From Octopus sinensis (lineage: Eukaryota): a stretch of DNA of 64,000 nt. The position numbers and the translations under genes were made by a program. The stretch spans positions 69,440,001 to 69,504,000 of the forward strand of contig NC_043007.1 in the NCBI RefSeq assembly GCF_006345805.1, read 5' to 3'. The notes beneath the pieces are model-generated. The model worked only from the letters and a program-made list of their open reading frames with translations. It had not been told where the DNA came from and did no database searches. Positions 23,126 through 55,089 of this stretch are shown here, piece after piece (position 1 is the first letter of the stretch; every line of letters begins with the position of its first letter).

Positions 23126-23659
23126 CTCGTTTTGTGTTTGTTGTTACATTTGTTTTGCTGTTGCTGATGTTGGTTTTGTTGTTGTTTCGCTTTGCACTGT
23201 TTGTGGCAGTGGTACTGGTACTGGTGCTGGTTTGAGACGACGGTTGGAAAGTTGTATCAAAATTCTCCTTCTGCCGAAGAGCTGTTGTTGAATGAAGCTA
23301 ACTTCACAAATGTTTGGAAGTTAGCTTATAAGAATACGGTACAAAAAAATACAAGAATAGACTCTTTGAAGCAACCAAAAATCTAAAAAATACTTGTAGA
23401 GTTTCCGACCATGCGTCTTCTCTTTCCAAGCATTATTAATGCATAAATGTATATCTTTTATCGTTTACTTGCTTCAATCATTAGACTGCGGCCTTGCTGG
23501 AGTAACGCCTTGGAGAATTTTTTAATCGAACGAATCGACCCCCATACTTGTTTTTTATTCTATCGGTTTCCTTCTGCGGAACTGTTAACTTACGGTGACG
23601 TAAACACACCAGTACCGGTTATCAAGCGGTGGGGGGGGGGCAAGCACAGAGACTCATTT

Positions 23660-24357
23660 CACAGAGACTCATTTTCACCCTTTTTAGATAGACTTGTGAC
23701 TGGTGACGAAAAATGGATCGTCTATCGAAATGTAAACGTCGTAAACAGTGGCTTGGTAAAAGGGGAAAAACTCAACCACAACCGAGAAGGGGACTTCATG
23801 GAAAAACGGTTTTTCTTTCTATCTGGTGGGATTGCGAAGGAGTAATCCACTTTGAATTGTTACCACCTAATGCAACAATCAATGCTCAAGTCTACTGTCA
23901 GTAATTAGAGCGTTTGAACCAAGCTTTGAAGATAAAACGACCCGCTTTAGTGAATCGTAAAGGAGTGATGTTTCATCAGAACAATGCGCGACCCCACACT
24001 GCAAAGATCACATCACAGAAGATCGAAGATCTTGGTTGGGAAAAGATTCCTCATCCACCTTATTCTCCCGAACTTTCTCCTTCAGACTACCATTTGTTTC
24101 GTAGTTAACAGAATCATTTGGGGGGCATAGCTTTCGCAAGCCATGTCGGAGGAGGTCGAAACTGACATTTCAGAGTTCTTCGCTTTGAAACCAAAAGAGT
24201 TTTACATTGGTGGGATTTAAAAGCTTGTAAATAGATAGAAGGAAGTCATAGATAATCAGGGAAAGTACATTGGTGATTAACTTACAAATAAATATAACAT
24301 TTGATTACTTGTTTTCTTTATTCAAAATTCGGACAGAACTTATGGGATGACCTGATA
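23660..24357 (+). mobile_element. Mariner transposase remnant with right TIR
   Basis: VTGDEKWI, IWWD, NARPH and HPPYSPELSPSDYHLF. Ends ACTTATGGGATGACCTGATA. Confidence 0.9.
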
Positions 24358-24489
24358 AACAGTGTTTACAATTTACTGGATGTAAAGAAACAAAAATTAA
24401 TAGACACAGTTACTTCATTGAACATTCAAGGTATAAGATGCAAGAACGCGACAATTTGTCCGTTATATTTTATGGTGTCCTCTGAATTT

Positions 24490-25690
24490 CGTTATCACTG
24501 GATTTTGAAGAATTAATCTGAAATTACAAAACCATTAGCTCCAAACACCAAATGTGTTCATTCAGTCACTCATCACATTGTAGCCCATGGACCACCAAGT
24601 TTTTCCAAACCTCGAAAATTATCTCCAGAGAAATTAAAGATTGCTAAGGCCGAATTTCATCACATGTTAGACCTCGAAATAATTCATTCTTCTAGCAGTA
24701 ACTGGTCTGCACCTTTAGTTTTGGTAAAAAAAAATCTCACAGATTGGCGTCCATGTGGCGATTTTAGACAGCTTAAGGCAAAAACACAAGAGGACAAATA
24801 TCCAATTCCACATATACATGACTTTGCAGCTTCGTTGAGTGGTTGTAATATATTTTTGAAGATAGGCCCAGTTAGAGCATACAATCAAATTCCTGTTGAA
24901 GTGTGATATACCAAAAACAGCAATTACGACTCCATTTGGGTTGTATGAATACCTTCGTATGCCTTTCGAATTGAGGAACGTGGCAAATACTTTCCAGGGA
25001 TTCATCGACGAAGAATCAAGAGATTTTACCTTTTGTATTTGCTTATATAGACGGTATTCTCATTGCTAGTCCGTCAGGAAAAGTTCATGAAAATCACTTA
25101 AAATAAATTTTCGAAAAACTCACTCAATATGGTATAGTGATAAATCCATCAAAGTGTGTTTTCGGTGAACGTACTATATCTTTTTTAGGTCATCTCATTG
25201 ATAAAGATCGAATTCGCCCACTGCCAGACAAAATTGAAGCTAATAACAAATGTTCAGTTCCAAATTCTTTACGAAAGCTTCGAGAATATTTAGGAATCAT
25301 TAATTTCTACAGACGTTTTATTCCTCATTGCACAGAAAGTCTATTTCCTTTAACGATTAAAGAATAGGAAAAAGAAAAAATTAAGCTATTACTTTAAAAG
25401 ATGAAGAATTAAAGGCTTTTCAAAACGTAGAAGAAAAACTGTGTGAAACAACATTCTTAAACCATCCGGTTCCTGAACCAAAATTATCGATGGTTGTTGA
25501 TGTTTCCGATGAGTTTTACAACAGTTTGATTCTGGTTCTTGGTAACCATTATCATACTTTTCAAAAAAAAATCAAGGCACCAGAAACGGAATACAGCGTT
25601 TTCGGCAGAGAAGTTTTGGCAGTTTACTTGTCAATTAAATACTTCAGACCACCGCTTCATGAAAGTAGTAACTCACCGTTATAATGCCAT
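24490..25690 (+). mobile_element. Gypsy pol (RT/RNase H) remnant
   Basis: WSAPLVLV, WRPCGDFR, RAYNQIP, KCVFG..FLGH and LGIINFYRRFIP. Confidence 0.9.
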
Positions 25691-26045
25691 ATACTTGCCC
25701 GTTACCAAGTCCGGAAGAAATTTTCTCGAAGTTGAAGGGGCTAATTTTTTTTTCAAAGTTGGACTTATCTGAAGCATATTTGCAGGTAAACGACGATGAG
25801 GAATGTTCAAAATTTTTGACAATAAATACCTAAAAAGGGTTATATAAGTTTAATCGACTCCCCTTTAGGATAAAGGTAGCACTGGCATTTTCCAACAATT
25901 TGTGGACATTATGCTCGCAGGTTCGGATTTCGCTGTAGCTTACCTTGACGACATACTCATAAAAAGTGAATCTCGGAGTCAACGGACAAATGCCAAAAGC
26001 TTTCGACGAAATTAAAAACGTCTTAACGTTATTCAAATTAGAAAA
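25690..26045 (+). mobile_element. Second Gypsy RT remnant (different family)
   Basis: SKLDLSEAYLQV..GLYKFNRLPF..AYLDDILI. Confidence 0.8.
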
Positions 26046-26316
26046 GGCCATAGCCTAACTAGCAACCTAGCTACTATTATATAATAACATTATAATAACA
26101 TTAACAATAAAAATCTAGACTTCTTCTACGAAACTAGAAAGAATACCAATAATAACCTCAGCAACAAATCGATTGATATAAGTGATTCCCCCAAATAACT
26201 CCTCCTCTAAAAATACGGACAACTACTTTATAAATGATAATCCCCCTCACCGTATTCTAGACACAGATAATCATACTAATCGATGAGGTTGCAGAGATTA
26301 AAGTACCTGTGAATTC

Positions 26317-26700
26317 ATGAAAACATGTAAAACTAAGAATGTAATCTACCAATGTGATGTATTCTCCAATAATTACAAGAATACTTATATAGGAACAACT
26401 AAAAATGAAATGAAACTTAGATATAATTCCCATCGCTCAAGCTTCAGGAATAGAAATAGGGCACACTCTACCAAATTAAGCAGTTATACCTGGGAACTTA
26501 AAGACAATAACATTAATTATAGATTAGAATGGCGCATCCTAGCCAAGACATCTTCATACAACCTTAAAAATAAGCGCTGCAATTTATGCATTAATGAGAA
26601 ATTCTTCATTTTAATGGACAAATCAAAATTTGCTTAATAAACAAGACGAGAAACATGTAGCCAGCTTACACAAGGATAAATTCTTATTCTCTAAATACAG
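26317..26700 (+). mobile_element. Penelope-like GIY-YIG endonuclease remnant
   Basis: NVIYQC..TYIGTT..LRYNSHRSSF..STKLSSYTWELK..CNLCINEK. Confidence 0.85.
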
Positions 26701-27621
26701 CTACGTTACTGTTTATTAGCTGACTTGTCTAACCTCTGATGACCTCTCTTTGACCCTCCCTGTTACCACATAACACGACATATTATCATAAACCACAATT
26801 ATATTGAATTTATTTCGACTAAATTATTTATCTTAGATGCACGATGTATAACCGGAGCTATACTTCTCTTTAATATATTCACATTAAAGTTAGATCACTA
26901 ACTAACATACTAATTGCTAGTGCTGCTATTAGCATATATTCGATTAAACGAGCGATTTATCTTATTCTAGCCGAGTTGATTTGTTTTAATTCTATATATG
27001 AGTAGTAAACCCACGCCACACATAACAACACTTTATTTATTTATTATACCTATTTACGTAACCTAGATCTATACCGTATATCGCACTTAAACTTTTAAGA
27101 GCGTCGTTATTTTTTAACTAGGGCATTATTTGTAATCATGGGGACTTGACTAGCGGATTCAAATAGACTTATTTGTTACGTTTAATGATACTGGATATTA
27201 CTACAAAGTATAGCTCTTTCGACTAACACCGCCGGTCAACTGGTCATTTTCTCCACTCACTGCTCCATTCATCTTCTTGAAGCAACTCTACACACACGTG
27301 CCATATTTTAAGGACGCAAAAATGCAAACCTAAAGATCTAACGAACCTTTTCTTTTTTTTTCCTTTTTTTCTTTTTTTCCTTTTCTTTTTTCTTTTTTTC
27401 CCTGTCAACCTTTGATCTCCCGTCAATATTCCTCTGGTAAAGTTCAAATCATTCTGATGCTTGTTAAACGCAAATTTACCTCAGAAATAACAAACTGAAA
27501 CAGCTGTAATGATCAACTGATAAACAGCTGTAATACTAATGATCAACTTCTAATTATTACATGTTATTCCATTTCTTATCTTCTCTTCTCTTATCTTATC
27601 TTATATATACATACATATATA

Positions 27622-27659
<38 letters not shown>

Positions 27660-27685
27660 TGTTTGTGTGTGTGTGTGTGTGTGTG

Positions 27686-27905
27686 GAGACGCGTGGCTTA
27701 GTGGTTAGGGTGTCAGCATCATGATCGTAAGATTGTGGTTTTGATTCCTGGACCGGGCGACGCGTTGTGTTCTTGAGCAAAACACTTCATTTCACATTGC
27801 TCCAGTCCACTCAGCTGGCAAAAATGAGTAACGCTGCGATGGACTGGCGTCCCATCTAGCTGGGGAATACATATGCCATAGAAACCGGGAAACTGGACCC
27901 ATGTC
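27686..27905 (+). mobile_element. CORE-type SINE family B
   Basis: GCGTGGCTTAGTGGTTAGGG head plus TTGAGCAAAACACTTCATTTCAC. Confidence 0.85.
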
Positions 27906-28029
27906 GTTAATTCGAATGTTTTATCCTGACAACTCTTTGTTTTATAACATTGAAGAGTTACATCATCACTTTTCGAAATGCAATTAACTATGTTTGACTA
28001 TATTGTGAGTTTTCTCTTGTAAATCAATT

Positions 28030-29105
28030 TTTGTGACCCCATGGACAAATTTAAAATTCGTGTTGTTTATGAATATGAGTTCCGCCGTGGGACCAATATC
28101 CCAGACAGCACGAAGCATCAATGAGGTGTTTGGAGAAGATGTGGCAAATGAGCGCACTGTAAGTCGATGGTTTGAGAAGTTCCGGTGTAGTGACTTTACT
28201 TTTGAAAATCAGCCCCGTGGTAGACCTGAGATCAAGGTGGATAAGGATAAGCTGGAAACTGTAGAGGAAGTGTATACATCACAAACTACGCGTGAATTAG
28301 CAGCAAGGTTTGATGTTTCGATTCCAACTGTATTGGACTGTTTGAAACAAATCAGCAAGGTAAAGAAGCTGGACCACATGAACTGAATAAGTATAAAATG
28401 ATAGGTCGTCTTGAAACATGCTGTTCTTTGTTGTCGCGGCATAAAAGCGAATCATTTTTGCATCGTCTTGTTACGTTTGATGAAAAACGGATTCTTTTCA
28501 ACAATAACAAGCGTTCTGCACGGTGATTAGATAGAAACCAAGTGCCAAAACACAATCCAAAAAAAAATATTCGCCCCCAAAAAGCTAACGGTGTCTGTTT
28601 GGTGGGCCAGCACTGCTGCCATCCATTACAGCTTCATAAGACATGATAAGTAAATTACAGTGGATGTATATATCAACAAACTGGATGAAATGATAAGTGA
28701 AGTTGGAATCAAACAGCGGAGATTGGTCAGCAGAGACAGGCCAATTCTCTTACAAGAAAATGCTCGGCCACATATTGCACAAAGAACGCTACTCTAATTA
28801 CGGGAACTTAACTTGGGAATACTCTGTCATCTACCATATTTACCATACCTTGCAGCAACTGACTATCACATTTTCCAGGCATTAGACAACACTTTTTGCA
28901 AGGAAAATACTTCAAATCTGAAGATGCCAAAAGAGCCTTTCTTGATTTCATCACCTCCTACTCTCCAGAATTCTTCGCTGCCGGCGTAAGATACCGATAG
29001 AATGTCGAAATTGCGTTGATAATTTAGGTGCATACTTTCATTAACTGCATTGCTTTTTGTTGAGATAAAGTAAAATAAACTCTCAGTTCAAAATTACTTC
29101 TGGTA
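28030..29105 (+). mobile_element. Degenerate mariner (Hsmar/SETMAR-like) transposase
   Basis: HTH region ARSINEVFGEDVANERTVSRWF..GRP, then VTFDEK, NARPH and TDYHIF, with stops. Confidence 0.85.
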
Positions 29106-29671
29106 TATAAATATATATATTTTAATTCTTTTGGACTATGGCCATGATGGGGAGCCGCCTTGAAGGGTTTTAGTCGAACAAATCGACCCTAAGGCTTATT
29201 TTAAAGTCTGTTACTTATTCTAACGGACACTTTTGCCGAACCGCTAGGTAACAGGAACGCAAACACACCACTACCGCTTGTTGAGCGGCAGTGGGGGACA
29301 AACACAGACACAAAGACATGCACACACACACATACATACAAACACATTTAATTTTATCTCTGTTTTGCAGAGATTGCTTTGTATGTTTTAATATAAACGA
29401 AAATGGAACTGGGTACATAAATAAATTGAGAATACAACTTTCATATTAATTTATTTTTATTTCGAAAAATATATTCCATATTTAGATATCGTTTTGTTGT
29501 TATATACATTAGAGGAACAAAGAACAATTTATTGTATGATTTTATAAATGAAGTTAGAAATATTTACAATTCACTTGCAGTTGCAAATATGTCTGTCACA
29601 CACGCTCTATCTGAGCTGATACACACACACACACACACACACACACCACACACACACACACATACACACAC

Positions 29672-29711
<40 letters not shown>

Positions 29712-29780
29712 CATGCATATATGTATGTATATATATATATATGTATACATGTATATATATAATATATATATATATAATAT

Positions 29781-29822
<42 letters not shown>

Positions 29823-30389
29823 CGTTTGTGTGGTAAATGAAAGACGGAAAATGGAAGATACGAGAATTTTTATTAATCACGACAATTATTTCGACATGTC
29901 TAGCATCGATTCCTCAGGGGTGGGAGACTTAACAACTAGTTCAGAAGCATCCGGCGGTGCAGATGTCTCTCATCGGGTGATAAATAGATATAACTCGTTA
30001 AATTAACCGTTCCTTAATGTATCTTCTTATTTCGTAGAAAGAAAAGCAGAAAAACAAAGGATATATCTTCATTTATACAGAAGATCAAAAATAAATAACA
30101 AAAAAGAAACGACCACGCAATACAGGAAGAAAAGTATTAAAAATAACCTTTAACAGATATGGATGTATATACGTTTTCACACAAGGTGCATGGCGCATGT
30201 ACACTTGCTCATACAAACATCAACGAAAATGTAAGCATACGCACACGTGTGGTTTCGTGCACACACGTTCAGATAGCGAGTTAAACAGCTCTTTGGTGTT
30301 TATAAGAACGTGAAGGTTAAAGCTAAGCTTAATTCATTCATACCTTAATGTAAATTATGTTAGCATTTACTCAAATTCATTCCCACTGC

Positions 30390-30760
30390 ATTGTACGAAA
30401 ATTCATTTACATGCACGTAGGCACCTTGAAAGTCTTTCAGAAATTCTATTAATGATTTTTTCTCATTGGTCGACAGAATAGACTGCGGTTCGTTGGAGCA
30501 GAGTTGGTATCTCCTGGAAATCATATTGTATGGTTCTACGTGCCTTACTATGGGCCAAGTTAAGTTATGCTTAATTTATCTTCCTTCAGTGGCCACACAA
30601 AATCGGTCAAAGACGTTGAAAGTTTCTTATTGATACTCTCGAAGCTGACGATATGGTTTCGATAACGATACTTAAATGATTCAGTTGTCTGCTCAATGTA
30701 AACATACAGCCCACTCATTTATATACAAGATTTGTACTCATTCAGAGATCCATCATTGAG
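30390..30760 (-). mobile_element. Second Penelope-like GIY-YIG remnant
   Basis: VYIEQTTESFKYRYRNHIVSF..STSLTDFVWPLK..EPYN..QLC, frameshifted. Confidence 0.7.
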
Positions 30761-30862
30761 TATGAGTATTTTGATTTTTCTCTGCATGAGCATATATCAT
30801 ATTTATTCGTATATTTCGCACTTCTGACTTCATTTCCGTACACACACACACACACATATATA

Positions 30863-30902
<40 letters not shown>

Positions 30903-31268
30903 ATTAAATGTAAGTGTATAGATATATATACATACATACATTCGTAGATTCATAATATCAATCTACACACGTACACACTAATAAATTTTCATTTACAGAC
31001 ATACATATGGATGCATATATATATATATATACATACATACATACATACATACATACATACATACATACATACATACATACATACATACATACGGACATAC
31101 ATATATATCCTTATTATTATTGATATACATATATATATACACACACACATATATATTTATATTCATATATGTATATATACATTATATGTGCACATATAAA
31201 CGTGTTTATATAATTTATGCATATGCATATCCTCGTCCATACATACATATATGTATATACACACATAC

Positions 31269-31314
<46 letters not shown>

Positions 31315-31485
31315 ATGTCCTCATCCAGTTAGTCTGTGATACAACTATACATCATATCACATATCACATGATGTAATATTATATTTTTAATTAAAGCCCA
31401 CAAACATATTCTACATGTATACGTAAAATATAAATATAGAAATATGATAAATAGAATTATATTTAAGAAAAAAAAATAGTCTGAA

Positions 31486-49801
<18,316 letters not shown>

Positions 49802-49829
49802 TTCTTGCTGTGGTTGTTGTTCTCCTTGT

Positions 49830-50170
49830 AAAAAGCGGGTGTTGAAAATTCAAACTTTTATATATATATTGAGAGCCGCGGTGAAGAAAAATAGATGTTA
49901 AGTGAAGTCTTGGAATAAATTTACAAACAGCTTAAATTAAATGTATGAACCGCTGCTGTCAACCTCGTTCGTCAGATGTGACGAGATTGAATGAAGTTCT
50001 TATATATATACATATGGAGAGATATGGTTATATGCAAATGTTTTTCCTTCCCATAACTGGAGAAGGGAGTAAAGACTCGAGTGATTTAAACCGCATCGCT
50101 TCTGCTTTAACATCCGCCCACGTAAAGGTTACAATGGTCATATATCCGGTTCTGATTTTGATCATAACAA
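49830..50170 (-). promoter_or_regulatory. TIMP proximal promoter (TATA box near 49856-49868)
   Basis: TATAAAA about 55 nt upstream of the ATG. Blocks conserved with 18000-18440, including a GGGCGG GC box near 50115. Confidence 0.6.
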
Positions 50171-50934
50171 ATAACGATGCCTACAACATTTTTTTCTCTA
50201 TGTCTAAGAAGCGAAAATACTATTTTATAAGTATGTGTTATCTAATTGCGCATTTCTTTCTTCCGTTGCTGTGTATGTAGTATGTATGTATGTATGTATG
50301 TGTGATTGTGTGTATGCATGTAGGTAGATATTGATGTTTACACACACATACACACACCAAAACACACACACACACACATATGTATGCATGCGTGTATGAA
50401 TGTATGTATGTTCGTATGTATGTACAAATCTATGTATCTATTTATCTATCTATACGGATAAAGACACAAGCACGCGCATATATGCACGTATATATATGTG
50501 TGTGGGTATGTGTATATATATATATATATATACATATATTAGAAGTATATACGCATGTGTGTAAACATGAGAAAGCATATATTTAAATATAGCTTACACG
50601 TTTGTGCGTATGTATATAATTTATATATAGATATATTTTATATATATATATATATATGTGTGTGTTTAGATAGACAGACAGACAGACACATACATACATA
50701 CATGCGTACATACATACATACATACATACATACATACATACATACATACATACATACATACATACATACATACATACATAGTTATATGGATATATATATG
50801 TATATAAGATATATATATATATAGCGATGTATATACACGCATACATATGTATGCGCATAAATATATATACAGAAAAATCTCTCTCCTTATGTATCCCTAT
50901 ATATATACATAGGACCACACACAGTGGTGCTCCA

Positions 50935-51014
<80 letters not shown>

Positions 51015-51024
51015 TGTGTTTATA

Positions 51025-51059
<35 letters not shown>

Positions 51060-51130
51060 AATGTGACCACGTGTGTACCGTTGGTGATTTTTTCCCCTCT
51101 GTCTTCCCTTCTCTGGATCTTTCCTTCTAT

Positions 51131-51165
51131 GTTTCCGACGAAGAGCTCTGCTCGAAACGTTAAAC
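51131..51165 (+). ncRNA. Minimal hammerhead variant in a small dispersed repeat (51055-51270)
   Basis: GTTT-CCGACGA-A-GAGC(TCT)GCTC-GAAACGTT|AAAC, with palindromic stem III AACGTT. Confidence 0.55.
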
Positions 51166-51265
51166 TCTTCTTCTTTCCTTCTTTCCTGAGCGTCCAATAA
51201 TACTATATTTGTTCCACGTCCTCGCGTTGTTGTGTTTTTTTTTGTGCTTTCTTGTTTGGATTAAC

Positions 51266-51304
<39 letters not shown>

Positions 51305-51346
51305 ATATATTATATATATATATATTATATATATATATATATTATA

Positions 51347-51595
51347 TATTGGGCTGGTGCATAATTATTGCGGGTTTTTTATTCAACAAATTCTATTCAA
51401 CAAAAACAATAACAAAATGTAACAAAAACATATTTAAATGATTATTCCGAAGCATATTCACGATCTACTTCAATTACCGCATCCCATTTTCTTGGCAGAC
51501 GGTCAGAGCATCATTTAAAGATGTTTTTGTTAAATATTGTTATTGTTTTTGTTGAATAAAAATTTGTTGGAAAAAACCGCCATAATAAGCACCAA

Positions 51596-51600
<5 letters not shown>
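51347..51600. mobile_element. Mariner-derived MITE with long TIRs
   Basis: TATTGGGCTGGTGCATAATTATTGCGG.. / ..CCGCCATAATAAGCACCAACCATA. Confidence 0.75.
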
Positions 51601-51637
<37 letters not shown>

Positions 51638-51644
51638 TATATAT

Positions 51645-52043
51645 AGGCGTAGAAGTGGCTGTGTCGTAAGTAGCTTGCTTACCGATCACATGGTTCAGGG
51701 TTCAGTCCCACTACGTGGTACCTTGGGCAAGCGTCTTCTACTATAGCCTCGAGTCGACCAGAGCCTTGTGAGTGGATTTGGTAGACGGAAACTGAAAGAA
51801 GCCCGTCGTATATATGCATATATATGTATGTGTGTATGTGTTTGTCCTCCCAACATCGGTTGACAACCGATGGTGGTTTGTTTACGTCCCCGTAACTTAG
51901 CGGTTCGGCAAAAGAGGCCGATAGAATAAGTACTAGGCTTCCGAAGAATAAGTCCTGGGGTTGATTTGCTCGACTAAAGGTGGTGCTGCAGCATGGCCAC
52001 AGTCAAATGACTGAAACCAGTAAAAGAGTAAAGAGTAAAAAGA

Positions 52044-52045
<2 letters not shown>
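51645..52045 (+). mobile_element. SINE family A
   Basis: Family A full length. Confidence 0.9.
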
Positions 52046-52100
<55 letters not shown>

Positions 52101-52380
52101 TATACATAATTATATATATTATAATGGAATAATTACTATGAAGCATTGTGTAGAATATTTTGTATAAAAGATTGTGGGTAAGGCCAGAACTATGCGAAGT
52201 AAATGCAAGGGAAATCACAAGAAAACGAATATATGAATTAATGTCGACTTACCTTGCATTCAATATTTTGGGGTTGTGACCCCATTTTCAAGAAATCAAC
52301 ATATGTTGCCGATGTGTGTTTGTGTGTGATTTGCCTTGCGTTTACTTTGCATTGTTCTGGCCTTACTCGCGATCCTTTAT

Positions 52381-52429
<49 letters not shown>

Positions 52430-52465
52430 ATATATATATATATATGTATGCATGTATATGTATGT

Positions 52466-52499
<34 letters not shown>

Positions 52500-54318
52500 C
52501 TATATATATAGATATATATATATATATATATATTATATTTATATATATACATACATACGCACGCACGCACACATATATTTATAATATAGATGTATGCATG
52601 TAATGCCTCTCCCTAAGAGTATACATGTGTGTGTGTGTACACGTATATGTTTCTCTGTGTGTACGTATACGTACATGTGTGAATGTATGTGTATGTGGTG
52701 TGTGTGCGTGTGAGTGCGTGTGTATGTGTGTGTGTGCGTAAGTGTATGTGTGTGTGTGCGTGTGCGTAAGGCATTTGTTGGTCAGGGATATTCACATGTC
52801 CGCATCTGTGTACGTATGCCTGAGCAAAATTTCATTTGAGTCTCCCCTTTTTTTCTCACCACCGATATGGTCCAAGCGAAAGGGAAAAGCAAGAAATAAT
52901 GCTCAGAACTACTGTTGCCGCAAGCGTTGCTCTCAGAACTGCAAGAGCCAGAGCAAATACAGTTTGACACTCTAAGAATTCAGCCAATTCGCTGCCTTGG
53001 TTTTGTTACTATTTTATTGATTAAGAAAGAATGAAGTGATAGCAAAAATATGATATTGTACCTACCACTTGAAACACGAACCAGTCCTTTTGTTATTTTC
53101 TTTGAGGGCCTGGAGTAGACTATATTTGGGCTGTTTTGAAGCATTACTGAATGAGGGTGCCCTGTTCATTTGATTTTGGCTGAGGCATATATAATTTTCC
53201 CAGATGTGCATCGAGACCTATGTAGTACTTTGTATGGTGTTTTAAAGAGTGTAAATGTTGTTATGATCTATTTTTAAATGAGATTTTTGTAAGGCCGGTG
53301 TAAGAAATAGTACTTTCACTTTTAGATATTTTCATGTACTAATAATCCAAAGAACATGTCTCAATGCCTCTGCAATTAAAATTACATATCTTTTGACTTA
53401 TTATGTTGAAAGATTCCAATATTTTTTTGTTGGAGCGTTTTTAGAATTACCGGATTTTATATAATTTTTGTCGAATAATTTAGAAAATATATTATCTTTG
53501 GGCGAGTTTTTATTGAATAAAAAGAGCTGTTTCATAATGCCAGTTATGATTTCATTGCCACATGGTGGATATACCGGACTGCATCCGTTTCCCTAGTACA
53601 GAGGATTTTTGCGGGGGGGTTTTCCGTAATGGGTTAATTGTATTCGATTATAAATGATATAAATGTTTGCAAAAACCAGGTAAAATATGTAAGGTAATGG
53701 CAATAAATGAAAATAGAGAAAATAATGTATTACCTTACATAGATCGTTTAATGATCTCATAATATTTCAGAGAAGATTCGTAATCAAAGAATTCAGAATT
53801 CAGAGAGATGTGTTATCGGCAGACCATCCGAGCTTTTTGTGACGTCAAAACTCACTAGACTGCTCTGCTGGTTGCACATTTCTCCGAACTCTTTGATTAT
53901 CTTCTTTCTTCTGTTTCAAAAGAGAATCTTTCCCGAAATGTTTTAGGGTTATTAAACAACGTCTTTGCCTTGTAAATTCAGGCCAATCTCTTGCCTGCAT
54001 TGCTTAAGGGTTTATTATTTTCTTCTTCAAACTTTTAATCTATCTATTTGCATTGTAATACTTCAATCAAATCACAATAGTTTTATATATTGATTCTGAA
54101 GTGGCTACAGAAGTGTGTCTGATTACACTTGTTCATGGACCTGTGGCTTCATCAGAAAAAGGTGCTGCCTATATGTTTGATTATTGCAATGGCTTGTTGC
54201 AAAATAACATTTAATGAATATTTGAAATTTGGGTAGTTGATAACTCCTCAAGTTTCAACTATCCATGAAATGGATATCTAAGTTACTTCTTAGAATTTAT
54301 ATACGGTTCTTAAAAATC

Positions 54319-54744
54319 GGATCTTTTCGGTTTGAACGGCAGTTTTTTCTAGCGGTATCATACAAAATTGTCACCCATAATTATGACACTAGTATCGATC
54401 TATTGCATTTCAATCTGTTTTAGGGTTAGGGTTAGGGTTAAGGTTAGGGGTGGGGAAAGAGTATCTTTTTACTTCACAAATGTAAATAAACCCAATCTGT
54501 TTCTTAAACGAGGGACATAATCATACTGCACATAATGCTTTTTAACTCAATAGACGTCACTGATTGATTGAAATTGCAGAAACTGAAGAAAAAAACAACA
54601 AATATCTTACAAACTATAGAATTTTCTCAATAAAGCCAAGAGAAAAAGATGTTTTACAAACACATTCTACCAATATACGAAGTTTAAAATTTTTTAGTTA
54701 CCTAGAAATTATGTTAAAAACCGCCGTTCAAACCGAAAAGATCC
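54319..54744. mobile_element. Merlin-like MITE with TTAGGG repeats
   Basis: TIR GGATCTTTTCGGTTTGAACGGC. 8-bp TSD TAAAAATC at 54311-54318 and 54745-54752. Confidence 0.9.
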
Positions 54745-55089
54745 TAAAAATCTGAAGCTAGGCTTATCGCTATCCAGAAGTTTAGTGTTTCGGAATTTTT
54801 TTCTGTTGTTATTTTCATATTAAACGCGATTAAGGTGGTTATGATTTATTTCCTGATTGTATTGGCTCATTATCTAAAAGATCATTAGACAGTCTTCTCT
54901 ATACAGGTCACGTAAATATTATCGCTTACCTACAAGAATTTTATCAGGAAAAATGAACCTTACACATCTGCACCGTCGTAGCTACCTATGGAAATGTCAA
55001 ATGATTTTCTTTACGTTTTCACTAGCATTCTTTTGAATGAACTACTACAGATAGGTAACAATACTTTATAAGTAACATTATAATAATTA

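Noticed and set aside
27244-27447. VCIFASLKYGTCV or FCVLKIWHVC as a TIMP last exon; GAAACAGCTGTA hammerhead-like pieces near 27497 and 27522
   Set aside because: Poor motif spacing, and the region looks like Penelope 3' sequence. The hammerhead core and stems are incomplete.
52862-52975. Cys-rich KR...YCCRKRCSQNC peptide (insulin A-chain or toxin-like)
   Set aside because: Wrong Cys spacing for insulin, with no signal peptide or splice support.
53000-54300. Possible Penelope RT remnant (ENNVLPYID)
   Set aside because: Only one weak motif, and the frames are too broken to assign.
54420-54455. Interstitial telomere or chromosome fusion site
   Set aside because: The TTAGGG units are internal to a MITE with TSDs.
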